Shown here piece by piece: positions 22,401 through 32,507 of a DNA stretch of 64,000 nt. Under the pieces are notes generated by a model. The model made no database searches, was not told the origin of the DNA, and saw only the letters and a list, made by a program, of their open reading frames with translations. The DNA is from Acidobacteriota bacterium (GTDB lineage Bacteria; Acidobacteriota; UBA6911; RPQK01; JAJDTT01). The stretch's first letter is position 1, and each line of letters starts with the position of its first letter. The position numbers and the translations under genes were made by a program. The stretch lies in contig CBDCJH010000002.1 of NCBI GenBank assembly GCA_965217775.1, positions 512,001 to 576,000 on the forward strand, read 5' to 3'.

Positions 22401-22850
22401 CAATTCGAATCCCTGGTCCACCCTTTCGTCATCCTGTTCACGGTGCCGGTGGCCTTGGTGGGGGTGGTGGCCGCTCTATTCGTGACCGGATCGACGGTCA
22501 GCGTCATGGTGTTGCTGGGCGTGATCATCCTGGTCGGGATCGTGGTCAACAACGGGATCGTCCTGATCGACTACACCAATCAGCTCCGCCACCGGGGGTT
22601 GAGTCGCCGGGAGGCGCTGATCGAGGCGGGACAAGTGCGATTGCGGCCCATCCTCATGACCACGCTGACCACGGTCCTGGGACTGCTTCCCATGGCCCTG
22701 GGCTGGGGCGAGGGCTCGGAGGTGCGAACCCCCATGGCCATCACCGTGATGGGCGGATTGCTCTTCGCCACGCTCCTGACATTGATCCTGGTGCCGGTGC
22801 TCTACGAGGGCCTGGACCGAAAGCCGGAGACATCAAGCCATGCAGGGTGA
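19470..22850 (+). CDS. RND efflux permease (AcrB family)
   Basis: RRPVT, GMLVDNSIVVLE, GIVVNNGIVLID, RLRPILMTT. Confidence 0.95.
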   Translation: MRTVRTAIRRPVTVSMFVVAVCLFGAVSVDRLSLDLLPDISYPSLTIQTEFEDAAPEEVEALVTRPVEENVGVVPGLSRISSISRPGQSEVILEFGWDTDMDLAVMDVREKLDLANLPTDAEKPVILRFDPAYDPVMRLHLYGDAPLSRIRDLAERKVKQGLESTSGVAAVKVAGGREEQIRIEIDEKRLAELNIPVSEVSSVIREANLNQASGSLYDLDANYLVRVLNEFQSVEEIRNLIVRNLDGRQVVLGDVARVWRGTKERDVISRFNGRESVELRIYKEGDANAVAVSEAVRERLEQLKQQKTYPGELTHEIVYDQAQFISLAVRNVAAAALLGGLLATLVLFVFLRDLRSTATIGLSIPISVMATFTLMYQTGVTLNIMSLGGVALGVGMLVDNSIVVLESIHRHRRRNPDLAEAVYQGTREVGQAVAASTLTTVAVFLPLIFVEGIAGQLFKDQALTITYSLLASLAVALTVIPMVLSRRRIAVEPVAQSGTGQVPAAGGEEARLARLIRAAGRGGARVLRFLTVDLVLVVVGDLRRLLRTLGRGLLKPLNPLLGRFDSGFESLRRTYPRFLAWSLDHKGSVLALTLGLVGASAGLAQFLGAELIPSLVQGKFSFEIQLPQGKPLEETDRIIRQVESQVLALDGVATVFSSVGGGADDQFATGPLEEHRGWIHVSMEDGRDKAGEERVIGRTRSLLGRYPGLTHLFGRPTLFSFREPVEVEIYSYDLAQQRSIAEKVMARLSGIDGLADVQSSTRLGNPEVRISFRREQLARLGLDEGQAAEILRSKIRGDVASRYRDQERQLDILVQAAESDRDAIEDVRDLVINTRLDRTGAGGNRRGTGDGARSGEGGTRSGSNPARTELESDTEEENSQVPIRLGSVAQVQLSRGPGEIRRVGSQRAAVVSANLAGADLGTVSQKIEAELSGMSRELPPDSVVTLGGQHREYDRSRSSLLFALALAVLLVYLVMASQFESLVHPFVILFTVPVALVGVVAALFVTGSTVSVMVLLGVIILVGIVVNNGIVLIDYTNQLRHRGLSRREALIEAGQVRLRPILMTTLTTVLGLLPMALGWGEGSEVRTPMAITVMGGLLFATLLTLILVPVLYEGLDRKPETSSHAG

Positions 22851-25800
22851 CCGGAAGGCGAACTCGTCCTCGACTAAGACGGGCGGCCCGAACTCCTCGG
22901 CGCTGGCCGGCTTTTCCGTGCGCTATCCGGTGACCATCTGCGCCGTCTTCTCCTTGCTGCTCCTGGTGGGCGTGGTCTCCCTGTTCAAGATTCCGCTGGT
23001 GTTGTTTCCCAACCTGGACCTCCCCTTTGTGATGGTGCAGGTTCCTTATCCCAATGCCACGCCGGCTCATGTCCTGCAGACCATCACCAAACCGGTGGAA
23101 GAGGTCGTCAGCACGGTCCCCGGTATCCAATGGATGCAGTCTTTCTCCAATAGCGGCAGGTCCGGGGTGCAAACGTTTTTCGACATGAACATGGACGTGC
23201 AGCGGCTCCGGGGAGAGGTCAGGGAGAGGGTCGAGCGGATCCGCGGCGAGCTTCCGGAAGACGTGGAACGGATCGACGTGGTCAACTTCAGTACCGACGA
23301 TACGCCCATCCTGGGACTGAGGATTGCGTCCGAGAGGAACCTGCAGACCGCCTACGAGTTCCTGGACGTGAAGATCAAAAGACGGATCGAGCGGGTCCCG
23401 GGAGTGGCCGAGGTCGAACTTTTCGGAACTCAGAGGCCCGAGATCGGCGTGTATCTGAGCCTGGATCAGCTCAGAAGGTATCGGGTGGACGCAGGCCGGC
23501 TCTACCGGAACCTGTCGGGCATCAACCTGGACCGCTCTCTGGGGCAGTTCACGGACAGCGGAGTCCGCTACAGCGCCATGACCCGGGGCATGTTCCGGTC
23601 TCTGGAGGACTTCAACGTCTTTCCCGTGAACGAGCGGGGCCTGCGCCTGGAGAACGTAGCCGATGTGGTCTACGAGAGTCCCGTGGCCCATGCCAGCCAG
23701 CACCTCAACGGCGAGTACGCGGTGGGTCTCTGGGTTCGCAAGGCCGCCGAAGCCAACACCGTGACCACGGTGCGAGCCGTGGAGGCGGAGTTGGAGAAGA
23801 TCAAGGCGGACCCCGCCCTGAAGGGAATCCAACTGGAGCCCCTCCGCAACGCCGGCGCCGAGATCGTCAAGGCCCTCAAGGGACTCCTCACGGCCGGGAC
23901 CGTCGGCGCACTCCTGGCTCTGGGGGTGCTGGTCCTCTTCCTTCGCAAGTGGAGCGCGGCCCTGGTGGTTGCCCTGGCCATTCCCTTCTCCCTGGTTGGA
24001 AGCCTCGGGTTCCTCTACTTCGGTGGCCTGAGCCTGAACGTCCTCTCGATGATGGGACTCATGCTGGCCACCGGAATGTTGGTGGACAACGCCATCGTCG
24101 TGTTGGAATCGATCTACCGGAAACTCGAGCAAGGAGCAGACCGTCTGGAGGCGGTCAAACAGGGAACCCAGGAGGTGCAGATGGCGGTGATCGCAGCCAC
24201 CCTCACCTCCATCATCATTTTCGTCCCCCTGGTCTTCGGCGCCCAGAGCTTTCTCAGCTTCTGGCTCCGACACACCGGCCTGGCCATTATCTTCGCGCTT
24301 CTCTGTTCTCTGTTTCTCTCTTTGACCCTGATCCCCTTGGCCATGGGACGCTTCCTGAAGCTGGACGTGGCTCCTGCAGCCGGCACCGAACCGATCCCAG
24401 CCACAGGTGACGGTGACGCCTTTGTCGCCAGGGACGGTCGGAAACCAGGCCGCTGGCGGATCATGGATTTCTACCTGAAACTGGTGGCCTGGCCCCTGAG
24501 ACATCGCTTCCTGGTGGGCTTCCTGCTGGTTCCGCTGGCGGTCGCCGGCTCCGGCTGGCTGCTTCTCAACGTCGTCCCCGACAACGCTCCGGACGCCCAG
24601 GAACCGGGCAGCCTCCGGGTCCGCTACGAATTCACCGAGAACTATCACTACGCCAAGATCGAAAGAGACTACGTCGATCCAGTCGAATCATTCCTCGCGG
24701 AGAACCAGGAGGCTTTCAAGATCGATCAGGTCTTCAGCTCCTTCTCCAACAACAGCGCGTCGACCGAAATCTATCTCCACGGTGACGGGATCGGTCTGGA
24801 AGAGATGGAGGAGATCCGCGGGAAGATCTCGGCCGGACTCCCGGTGATCCCGGGTTGCCGGATCGAGTTGTCCGGTCAGAGTGGAAGGCAGAACCGGGAA
24901 GGGATCAACGTGAGCCTCTACGGCGATGATCCTCGAGTCCTGGACGGACTGCTGAGTGAGGCCCGGACCCGCCTCCGGCAACATCCCGACTTTTCCCAGG
25001 TGTCCGCGCCTCGGGACAGCACCCGCGAGGAGGTTCAGATCCGATTGCGCGGGGATCTGGCCCGCCGCTACGGTGTGTCCACCCGGTCCGTTTCCGAGAT
25101 TCTGGGGATCCTGATGCGAGGCCGGCAGGTTCGGGGCTTCCGCACGTCGGAAGGGGAAGTGGACGTCATCATCCGGCTCCGGCCGGAGGATCGGAGCGGG
25201 CTGGAGGACCTGCGCTCGGCCGTGGTGGGCTACGGAGACGAGGGAGAGGAGATCCTGTTGTCTCAAGTCGCCGATCTTCGGATCGAGAAGGTTGCAGCGC
25301 AGGTCCAGCGGGAGGATCGGCAGACTTATGCCAACTTTTTCGCCACCTACTCGGGAGACAAGAGGGACGAGGGCATCCGGCAGATGACGGTGGTCATGGA
25401 CGGCTTGGACTATCCGGACGGCTATGGGTGGTCGCTGGGCTTCTGGACCCGGCGGAACCAGCAATCGGATCAGGAGTGGGTCTTCAACATCCTGCTGGCG
25501 CTCTTCATGGTCTACTTCGTCATGGCCTCCCTGTTCGAATCCCTGACCCATCCCCTGGCCATCATGCTGTCGCTGCCCTTTTCGGTGGTGGGAATCGCCG
25601 GCTTTCTGCTCATCACCGGGACACCCTTCAACGTGATGGCCAAGATCGGATGCCTGGTGCTCATCGGAATCGTGGTGAACAACGGCATCGTCCTCATCGA
25701 CCGGATCAACACCCTTCGACGCCAGGGGGTCGACCGCCGCCGCGCCATACTGGAGGGTTGCCGCGATCGCTTTCGTCCCATCGTGATGACGGCGACCACC

Positions 25801-26031
25801 ACGGTCGTGGGTCTGATTCCGCTGGCCTACAGCTACAGCAGCTTTTTCGATTTGCGGTACTTTCCCATGGCCCGCACCGTCATGGGCGGACTCATCGCCT
25901 CCACGGTGCTGACTCTGGTGGTGCTGCCCACCTACTACACCCTCTTCGACGACCTGACGATCTGGCTCCGGCGGAGCTGGCAAACCAGCGACCCGTCGCC
26001 GTCCCTGGATCCTGTACGTCAGGAGCCATGA
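22840..26031 (+). CDS. Second RND efflux permease (AcrB family)
   Basis: GMLVDNAIVVLE, GIVVNNGIVLID, RFRPIVMT; overlaps the preceding permease. Confidence 0.95.
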   Translation: MQGDRKANSSSTKTGGPNSSALAGFSVRYPVTICAVFSLLLLVGVVSLFKIPLVLFPNLDLPFVMVQVPYPNATPAHVLQTITKPVEEVVSTVPGIQWMQSFSNSGRSGVQTFFDMNMDVQRLRGEVRERVERIRGELPEDVERIDVVNFSTDDTPILGLRIASERNLQTAYEFLDVKIKRRIERVPGVAEVELFGTQRPEIGVYLSLDQLRRYRVDAGRLYRNLSGINLDRSLGQFTDSGVRYSAMTRGMFRSLEDFNVFPVNERGLRLENVADVVYESPVAHASQHLNGEYAVGLWVRKAAEANTVTTVRAVEAELEKIKADPALKGIQLEPLRNAGAEIVKALKGLLTAGTVGALLALGVLVLFLRKWSAALVVALAIPFSLVGSLGFLYFGGLSLNVLSMMGLMLATGMLVDNAIVVLESIYRKLEQGADRLEAVKQGTQEVQMAVIAATLTSIIIFVPLVFGAQSFLSFWLRHTGLAIIFALLCSLFLSLTLIPLAMGRFLKLDVAPAAGTEPIPATGDGDAFVARDGRKPGRWRIMDFYLKLVAWPLRHRFLVGFLLVPLAVAGSGWLLLNVVPDNAPDAQEPGSLRVRYEFTENYHYAKIERDYVDPVESFLAENQEAFKIDQVFSSFSNNSASTEIYLHGDGIGLEEMEEIRGKISAGLPVIPGCRIELSGQSGRQNREGINVSLYGDDPRVLDGLLSEARTRLRQHPDFSQVSAPRDSTREEVQIRLRGDLARRYGVSTRSVSEILGILMRGRQVRGFRTSEGEVDVIIRLRPEDRSGLEDLRSAVVGYGDEGEEILLSQVADLRIEKVAAQVQREDRQTYANFFATYSGDKRDEGIRQMTVVMDGLDYPDGYGWSLGFWTRRNQQSDQEWVFNILLALFMVYFVMASLFESLTHPLAIMLSLPFSVVGIAGFLLITGTPFNVMAKIGCLVLIGIVVNNGIVLIDRINTLRRQGVDRRRAILEGCRDRFRPIVMTATTTVVGLIPLAYSYSSFFDLRYFPMARTVMGGLIASTVLTLVVLPTYYTLFDDLTIWLRRSWQTSDPSPSLDPVRQEP

Positions 26032-26103
26032 TCTGCTGGCCCTCATTGAAACGGCTGTTGCGGCGGCCGCCGGCCGGATAGATGGGGGACAAGGAAGAAA
26101 ACC

Positions 26104-26816
26104 ATGGGAAAACGCTTGAGTCGGAGGGAGTTTCAAAGCAGTGTGGGAGCCTTGACCGTAGCCGGGAGCACGCTCTCGGTACAGGGGACTCCGGTCGAAG
26201 GGGACGGAACCGGCGAATTGAGATATCGCTGGACGGTTCCCGCCGGCCTGTCCTGGTCCGATTCCAGACGAATCCGGGGCAGCTTCCTCCTCAGGTTCCG
26301 GGACGACGGCCGGACGTGGGGACAGGCCTCCTTGATCAGCCGCGAGAATCACGGCGAGACGTCGTTGCTCCACTTTCCGCGGGGGAGTTGTTGGCGGCCA
26401 TGCGAGGCGCCAGCCCGAAAGGTCACGATGTGTGGCTGACCCGGTCGAAGGACTTGGGCCGGACCTGGTCCTCGCCGATTCGGGCTACAGGGCACGGTCA
26501 GCACCCCGCCGACTTGACGGCGCTTTCGGACCGGCACCTGTTGCTGGTCTTCGGTCACCGCCGGTCTCCCTTCGGCGTCCGGGCCATGGTGAGCCGGGAC
26601 CAAGGCCGCACCTGGGACCGGGACCGCAGTCTGACTCTGGCCTCGGAGAGTCTGGACAGCGACTGCGGCTATCCCAGCGTCGTCCGGCTGGACGGCGGCG
26701 AGGTCCTGGTGGCCTATTACCTCCGCCAGGGCCATGGTCCCTTCGTGAACCCGCCCGACCGGTTCGGCGGTCCCTATGCGGCGGCGGTCAAGTTTCGGAT
26801 TGCGGATGTCGTGTAG
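26104..26816 (+). pseudogene. Frameshifted, probably shortened Tat-exported sialidase/BNR-repeat protein
   Basis: SRREF Tat-like start; Asp-box repeats (RDDGRTW, SKDLGRTW, SRDQGRTW) and GYPS split over two frames at the G run 26381-26385. Confidence 0.7.
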
Positions 26817-26884
26817 GTTGGCGTTCCGCCGATGATTGGTGATGGCGTCGTGCTTCCAGACCGAAATACGAGGTGGCGACGTAT

Positions 26885-28945
26885 TCAGTCCAAAAGCGCC
26901 TTGAAGACGCCATCAGCGGAATCGCTGTAGAACTCGATGTTGATCTTGGTCCATAGCTCATCGGGGAGGTCGATGAGGGGACGCCGGGACGACACGGGCA
27001 TGAGCAGTGTGGCGGCCTGCTTGTCCACCGCCAACTCCGCTATTGCGATCGGGTTGTAGATCAGATCAACGGATCCGCCGAGGTTGAGCGGTCCCACGAT
27101 GATGGCGCCGCCGCGCGTGCTCCGTTCCAGAAGCGAGCCGACACAGGCCACCAGCACCGGCAGGCCCAATCCTGCGCCCGATTTGTCCGCATCGAACGGG
27201 CGAAGTTGGATCGTGTACTCGTGGGAACGAGGATCGCGACTCCCGACCAATTCCTTGGCGCGCGCATAGAGATTCTGCTCACCCACCTTCACGCTCTGCC
27301 GAAACGCGGGGGGCGATGGTTGATTCAGTATTTTGGCGCCTCCTCCTGGGCCGACGGCCACCTCGATCCGATAGAGTCCGACGCCTGCTTCGCCGCTGCC
27401 TGATCCCACCGCCCAAACTTGCCCCGGTGGCAGAGGATCCGAATCGATGGCCTCGTCGCTGTGCAGCTCCGGAGTCGCGACAAATTGCTCGACTCCGTCG
27501 ACCCCCAACGTGAACGAGAAGTGCGTATTCCGGAACTCACTCTTGAGGCAACGCTTCTGCTGCTCCTTGACCCGGCGGCGGGACTCCAGCGCGATTCGAA
27601 GAATCCATTCCAGATCTTCATCCGGAACGCGCATCTCCGGGTCCGGATACAGCAACTTGATCAGCCCGGATGTGGTCTTGTGCACGGCCTCAATGTCGCG
27701 GCCCGAAAGAGCCCCACCCCAGAACACACGGTTCTGCAGCGTTGTGAGACGGCTGGTCTGACGCATCCGCGACCAGCATTCGCTGAGGAAGTCGCTCACG
27801 AGTCCGAAGTGGTGGGTCAGGTGCTCATTGGGATTGAGTTTGGGGAAGTCCCATCCGGAGGCGTAAGAGTGAATCCGGTCGTGAAACGCGGTGTCGTCGC
27901 GCATTTCCTTGGGCAACGGACTCAAGAGATGTCCGATCCGCTGCTGCTGCTCGACGTCGACGTCGAAGTTGCCAACCATCACGATGGAGCCCTCGGCACG
28001 GATGCTCTCCTTGCCCCGGCTGAACTCACCGGCGGCCATGTAGCCCTTCATGATGTTGACGCCGTCCTTCTGGTCGAAAGAGATTCCGGCGATCTCGTCG
28101 AAGCAGAGAACATCGTACTGACAAACGAGACCGCGGCGGCCGTTCGCCATGTTCACGAACATCTTGGCAACCGTTGCCTTGCCGCCCGAAAGCAAATGAG
28201 AATATGGCGAGATCTGCTGGTAAACGTGGCTCTTGCCCGTCCCGCGAGGACCGAGTTCGACCAGGTTGTAATTGCGCTCGACGAAGGGAGCCATTCGCAG
28301 CAAGGCGACCCATTTTGCCCGCTCCTCCAACGCTTCCGGTTCCAGGCCGGTGGAACGGATCAGGAAGTCACGCCACTGCTCAGTATCGAATTTTCGACGA
28401 CCCTTGGCCAGAACGTCGAGTACTTTCGGGTTTGACATCTGAATCGGACGCAACAATCCGATACCAAAAGGTCGGCCCTGTTTTTCTTGGGCCGTGATGG
28501 GATCGTAGGTGAGTGTTACCTCCGCATAGAATCCGTCGGCGAGCATCCTCTCGTTGGTCTTAACGATGGAATCCGCGACTTGCACGTCCTTCAGATGCAA
28601 ACTCGGCAACTCAGCGACGTAACAGTCGTTCCTGGCGTCCAACCGTGCCCTCACAATATCGATCAGTTTTACGGAGCCATTCTCCCGCGCCCGCGATTTG
28701 AAGATCTCGCGATCGCTGGTCCGGACCGTCCGGCCCTGAAGCTGCTTCTCGACGATGGCCAACCCTTCCTCGATTTCCTCTTCGTCGACGCTCGCGCAGT
28801 AGCGACCGAGGAGGAATTCCACGACGTAGGTTGGAACGGGGTATTGGCGTGCGTAACGTCGCACCAGATCCTTGCGGACGAGATAGCCTGGAAAAGCACT
28901 AGCGGCAATATTGTCCAAGTAATCCATCTCGACGGACTGAGTCAT
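26885..28945 (-). CDS. brxL: BREX Lon-related AAA+ protein BrxL
   Basis: VRKDLV, VPTYVVEFLLGRYC, Walker A ELGPRGTGKS, FDE, KGYM..GEFSRG, Lon-like C-terminal domain; last gene of the operon. Confidence 0.93.
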   Translation of the reverse strand: MTQSVEMDYLDNIAASAFPGYLVRKDLVRRYARQYPVPTYVVEFLLGRYCASVDEEEIEEGLAIVEKQLQGRTVRTSDREIFKSRARENGSVKLIDIVRARLDARNDCYVAELPSLHLKDVQVADSIVKTNERMLADGFYAEVTLTYDPITAQEKQGRPFGIGLLRPIQMSNPKVLDVLAKGRRKFDTEQWRDFLIRSTGLEPEALEERAKWVALLRMAPFVERNYNLVELGPRGTGKSHVYQQISPYSHLLSGGKATVAKMFVNMANGRRGLVCQYDVLCFDEIAGISFDQKDGVNIMKGYMAAGEFSRGKESIRAEGSIVMVGNFDVDVEQQQRIGHLLSPLPKEMRDDTAFHDRIHSYASGWDFPKLNPNEHLTHHFGLVSDFLSECWSRMRQTSRLTTLQNRVFWGGALSGRDIEAVHKTTSGLIKLLYPDPEMRVPDEDLEWILRIALESRRRVKEQQKRCLKSEFRNTHFSFTLGVDGVEQFVATPELHSDEAIDSDPLPPGQVWAVGSGSGEAGVGLYRIEVAVGPGGGAKILNQPSPPAFRQSVKVGEQNLYARAKELVGSRDPRSHEYTIQLRPFDADKSGAGLGLPVLVACVGSLLERSTRGGAIIVGPLNLGGSVDLIYNPIAIAELAVDKQAATLLMPVSSRRPLIDLPDELWTKINIEFYSDSADGVFKALLD

Positions 28946-31263
28946 GTGTCTACTCCCACGCGGGTCGACTGACGGGCCAAGACCCGGCCCGCTTCGTCCA
29001 GCAGCACCAGCACCAGCGCCGCCATTTCGTGTTCATCGTCGGCTAGGACCAAGCTGACGGTCCCCTCTGCATCGACCAGCTTCTGCGTCGCCACAACCGA
29101 TTCACCGTTCGGCTGACCCAGCCGAAGGTCAGCGGTCACCGGACCGCCACCGACCTCGGATTCAATGAAACAGCGCAGTCCCCGCCACGTCATCGATGTG
29201 ATGGAGGCGGTCGCCTTCGTCTCCCCGGCGCGTGTCACGACCATATCCGGGATGAGGCATTCCTGTACGCTCAAGCCGCCGTGTGCGTAATCTTCGGACT
29301 TGTTGAAGCAAGCGATGCCGGGCGCCGTCGCGAACCACTGTGCACTGTTCCAGTGCCACGGCGCGCGCGTCACGTCAGGTATCGACTCTCCAGCAATGAC
29401 CGCGCAACGGGCCCAGCGACTCTCCGTCAGGTGCTTCGGCAGGTCCACCTTCGGCAGCCCTCCGGGCAACAGCAACCACCCGTGATCCGTCACGACGCGC
29501 ACGGTCGCCCATCCAGCGTCGAGGACGCTCTTGATTCGTTCCGCCAGACGCCTTATTTCACGGTCCAGTTGGCCCGCGACCTGAACTCCCATCTCGTGGC
29601 CGAATTTGTCGAATCTGCCTGCCTCCAGCCAGGCGCGCGCCGGGTGGGAGTTCGGCGGGTCCGGGGCGGTACCGCTAAGAAGCTGGTAGCCTTTTTCTCC
29701 TATCGCCGTGCGCAGCCGCGACGCATCGGCGGGCTTTCCGCCGGTCTTCAGCCGCGCGCCGAACGTTGGATCCAGCGCGACGCCCTCGACATGCTCTGCA
29801 ACTGGAGTCACCGCTGGTTTTGCCGTCCCGGTGACCGTCGGCAGCGCCGCCCACCGGTGTCCCAAGTCGACGCGGAAACCACGGCCTTCAAGCGACTCCG
29901 CCAGACGGTTGGCCAAGTCGAACCGCAGCCCGTCGACGAACAGTATGCAGCCGTCATCTCCCGCCTCCACCGTCGGCTGATCCCCGCAGCTTGGCAGGGG
30001 CGCTCTTTCGACCGCTGCCTGAAACGCGCGCGCCGAGTCCTCCAGCCACGGTTGGAGGAGGTGGCGTACGGTCTCCTTGATCCACTCTTCATCCTCGAAC
30101 GGTGCGATGGCCAGCGTTTCCCAGGCTCCCAGGTCCGCCTGGCAGCCCCGATCGAGATAGGCTCGGGCCACGTCATCGGGCGTCGTTCCTCCCATGGCCT
30201 GACGCGCCGACTTCGCAAGCTTGGCGAGGGACTTCAAGAGCTCCGCCATCGGCGCCGACCCCATGCGAGCCCAGACCCATTTTCGGCGCCCGCCATGGTG
30301 CTTTTCGAGTCCGATGATCGTTTCGCAAGCCTCATCGTGATGGAGCGTTGGTATCGCGATGAGTCTGTCTCGAACGGTTTCCTCGTCCTTTTCGTTCAGA
30401 TCGGGCCACCGGTCACGATTGAAGCGCAATCTGCCCGACGGTTTGCTGCGCTGGAGTAGTCCGGCGATGTCGCCATAGCTTTGGGGCGCTTCGGCGAACC
30501 GTTCCCACACGGCCGCCCACTGCCCGTCCCCCCGCGCCATCCTCGCACCAGCCACGACATCCGCTTCAATCGCCGGATCGAACTCCATCTCATCCCGGCA
30601 GCGGCTGCAGAACGCTTCCCATTCGCTCGATCCCAAGCGGTTGCGCGCTCCGTCCGGGTCCCCCATCCATCGCAGCAGGTCTCTGACGACATCGCCGGCG
30701 AGCATGCGATCGAAGTCGTCGCCCGAGAGGCGACGGCGAGCGAGTTGTTTCACCGGGCTGAGAGCCACTTCAGGCAACGCCCGGAGCAGCGCGTCGCTGG
30801 TGGCCTGATCGCCGGCGATGTCAAGATCCAGTGTGTTTCGTGAAGTCAAGTAGGCGTTCACCGTCCAGTCTTTGCCGTTGGGTTGATGCCAGAGGGCGCC
30901 CCGGAACAGCAGCGCCACCAACGGCTTCAATCGGTCCGGGCACTCCGCCCCGGCGCGGAGCCGTTGGCGCGCCACTCCGGGCAGGTACACGATCGGTGGC
31001 CGGCCATCGGGAAGGGAAGGCTTGTCGACGGTGCCGTCCACGACGCAACGCACCCAGATGGCAGGACCGGTGCGCCGCTCGGGTTCGTAGTCGCCCAGGA
31101 CGAGAAATTCCGTGACCCGCTTGAGAAGCAGGTCCTTCAGCGGCAGCCACTCGCCCTTGGGGTCGGTCCAGAGGATGGCAGCCGGGCGTACTTGGCCGTC
31201 GAGTGGCGTGCCCTTGGCGCGGAGACCGCAGATCAGCCGATCGAGAATAGTCTCCTCTCTCAT
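28942..31263 (-). CDS. pglZ: BREX-1 phosphatase PglZ (type B-like)
   Basis: ILWTD, RTGPAIW, FVDGLRFD, LPTVT.TAK, VTDHGW and YAHGGLS.QE motifs. Confidence 0.92.
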   Translation of the reverse strand: MREETILDRLICGLRAKGTPLDGQVRPAAILWTDPKGEWLPLKDLLLKRVTEFLVLGDYEPERRTGPAIWVRCVVDGTVDKPSLPDGRPPIVYLPGVARQRLRAGAECPDRLKPLVALLFRGALWHQPNGKDWTVNAYLTSRNTLDLDIAGDQATSDALLRALPEVALSPVKQLARRRLSGDDFDRMLAGDVVRDLLRWMGDPDGARNRLGSSEWEAFCSRCRDEMEFDPAIEADVVAGARMARGDGQWAAVWERFAEAPQSYGDIAGLLQRSKPSGRLRFNRDRWPDLNEKDEETVRDRLIAIPTLHHDEACETIIGLEKHHGGRRKWVWARMGSAPMAELLKSLAKLAKSARQAMGGTTPDDVARAYLDRGCQADLGAWETLAIAPFEDEEWIKETVRHLLQPWLEDSARAFQAAVERAPLPSCGDQPTVEAGDDGCILFVDGLRFDLANRLAESLEGRGFRVDLGHRWAALPTVTGTAKPAVTPVAEHVEGVALDPTFGARLKTGGKPADASRLRTAIGEKGYQLLSGTAPDPPNSHPARAWLEAGRFDKFGHEMGVQVAGQLDREIRRLAERIKSVLDAGWATVRVVTDHGWLLLPGGLPKVDLPKHLTESRWARCAVIAGESIPDVTRAPWHWNSAQWFATAPGIACFNKSEDYAHGGLSVQECLIPDMVVTRAGETKATASITSMTWRGLRCFIESEVGGGPVTADLRLGQPNGESVVATQKLVDAEGTVSLVLADDEHEMAALVLVLLDEAGRVLARQSTRVGVDT

Positions 31264-32507
31264 CGGTCTGGTGCCGGACCCTTCCGCAGTGTCAACTTCA
31301 AGTAGTCCTCCGTTGCTTCGAACTCGGGATCCACGCCGTTCAAATTACGGAGCAGAGGAACAATCTTCTTGCGAACGCCCATGCCCCTCGCGTCGACGTA
31401 GCCGTAATCTCGCAAGACCTCGACGACGAGTGGATTCCGAGCCGAACGTTGACCGGCCAGCATTTTTTTGACCGTCATGGTGTTCGGCAACGCACCGGGA
31501 CTCAATATCTCCAATCGATCGACATAACGGACCAATTCGATCTCCTCATAGCGGGTCCAATCCCTGTGAGCGAGTGCATTGACAACTGCCTCGCGGAGGG
31601 CCTCCATGGGATAGTGCCAGTGGCGTTCACGTCGCATGGACTCGTTGATGTCGTCCGTTTCTTCTAAAACGAATGGCCGTATCGAGTCAGCGAGATTTTC
31701 AATCAGACCCTTTTCGACGATCTTCCTCCCCCAACGCGGTGATTCCTTCCAGTAGGCGACCAAGGGACCATCGAGCACTTGGTCGTCCAGTGCGTCGTAG
31801 GCTTTGTCATCACCTTTGAAGGCCATCCAGCGGATGCCCGCTTGGCGCATCAGGCGTCTTGGGCTGTATCCAAACAGCAGGAGGCCCGCTATCGTGCACA
31901 GTGGGGGGCCATCTTGGCGCTCGGTCATAAAGCCCAGTCCGCACAGGCGTTCCCCCCACTCCATTTCGGAGGTTGGGATTTCGTGGTCGCCGACGATTCT
32001 CGTGAGGTAGTCCGTCAACCGTTCCCGGCTAAGGTCGATCAATGCGCTCCCCGAAACAGGAAGTAGTTCGGCGTGAAGCATCCCGCCGACCGCGAACAGA
32101 CGCGCTTGGGTTTCACGCGTGGCGCGCCGGGAAGTGCTTCCAACCCGTACATAGATTTCTTCGCGATCGTTATGGCGAACAACGTAGGGCTTGGCCGTGC
32201 CCTGAGTGAAGCTGACCACGGCCACTCGTCGTCGGTCATCCACCTGAATCTCCTCGTAGTACGGTAGGATCATCGGATGTACCTTGCGGCCAAATACCGT
32301 GTCCATGACCCAGGTTTCGAGATCGGGTCGGCGAATGCCTGTGATGGTTCCGTCGTCTTCTACGCCAAGTAGAATTCGGCCACCTCGGAGGTTGGCCAGC
32401 GCAACCACCTCTTTGGCAATCTGCTCCGGACGCAGATCGCCACATTTGAACTCCACTCCGGAGTTTTCGCCGTTGGAAATCAGTTCGAGCAGTTCTGATT
32501 TTGTCAT
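31260..32507 (-). CDS. Schlafen/AlbA_2 + HATPase (RecG-C-like) protein, copy C
   Basis: GENSGVEFK, ALAN..GG.ILLGVEDDG, REAVVNALAHRD, SPGAL, RNP, RGMG; ATGA overlap with pglZ. Confidence 0.88.
   Translation of the reverse strand: MTKSELLELISNGENSGVEFKCGDLRPEQIAKEVVALANLRGGRILLGVEDDGTITGIRRPDLETWVMDTVFGRKVHPMILPYYEEIQVDDRRRVAVVSFTQGTAKPYVVRHNDREEIYVRVGSTSRRATRETQARLFAVGGMLHAELLPVSGSALIDLSRERLTDYLTRIVGDHEIPTSEMEWGERLCGLGFMTERQDGPPLCTIAGLLLFGYSPRRLMRQAGIRWMAFKGDDKAYDALDDQVLDGPLVAYWKESPRWGRKIVEKGLIENLADSIRPFVLEETDDINESMRRERHWHYPMEALREAVVNALAHRDWTRYEEIELVRYVDRLEILSPGALPNTMTVKKMLAGQRSARNPLVVEVLRDYGYVDARGMGVRKKIVPLLRNLNGVDPEFEATEDYLKLTLRKGPAPDR

Noticed and set aside
19599-26373. Long minus-strand ORFs (881, 635 and 561 aa)
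   Set aside because: Antisense shadows of the RND permeases.
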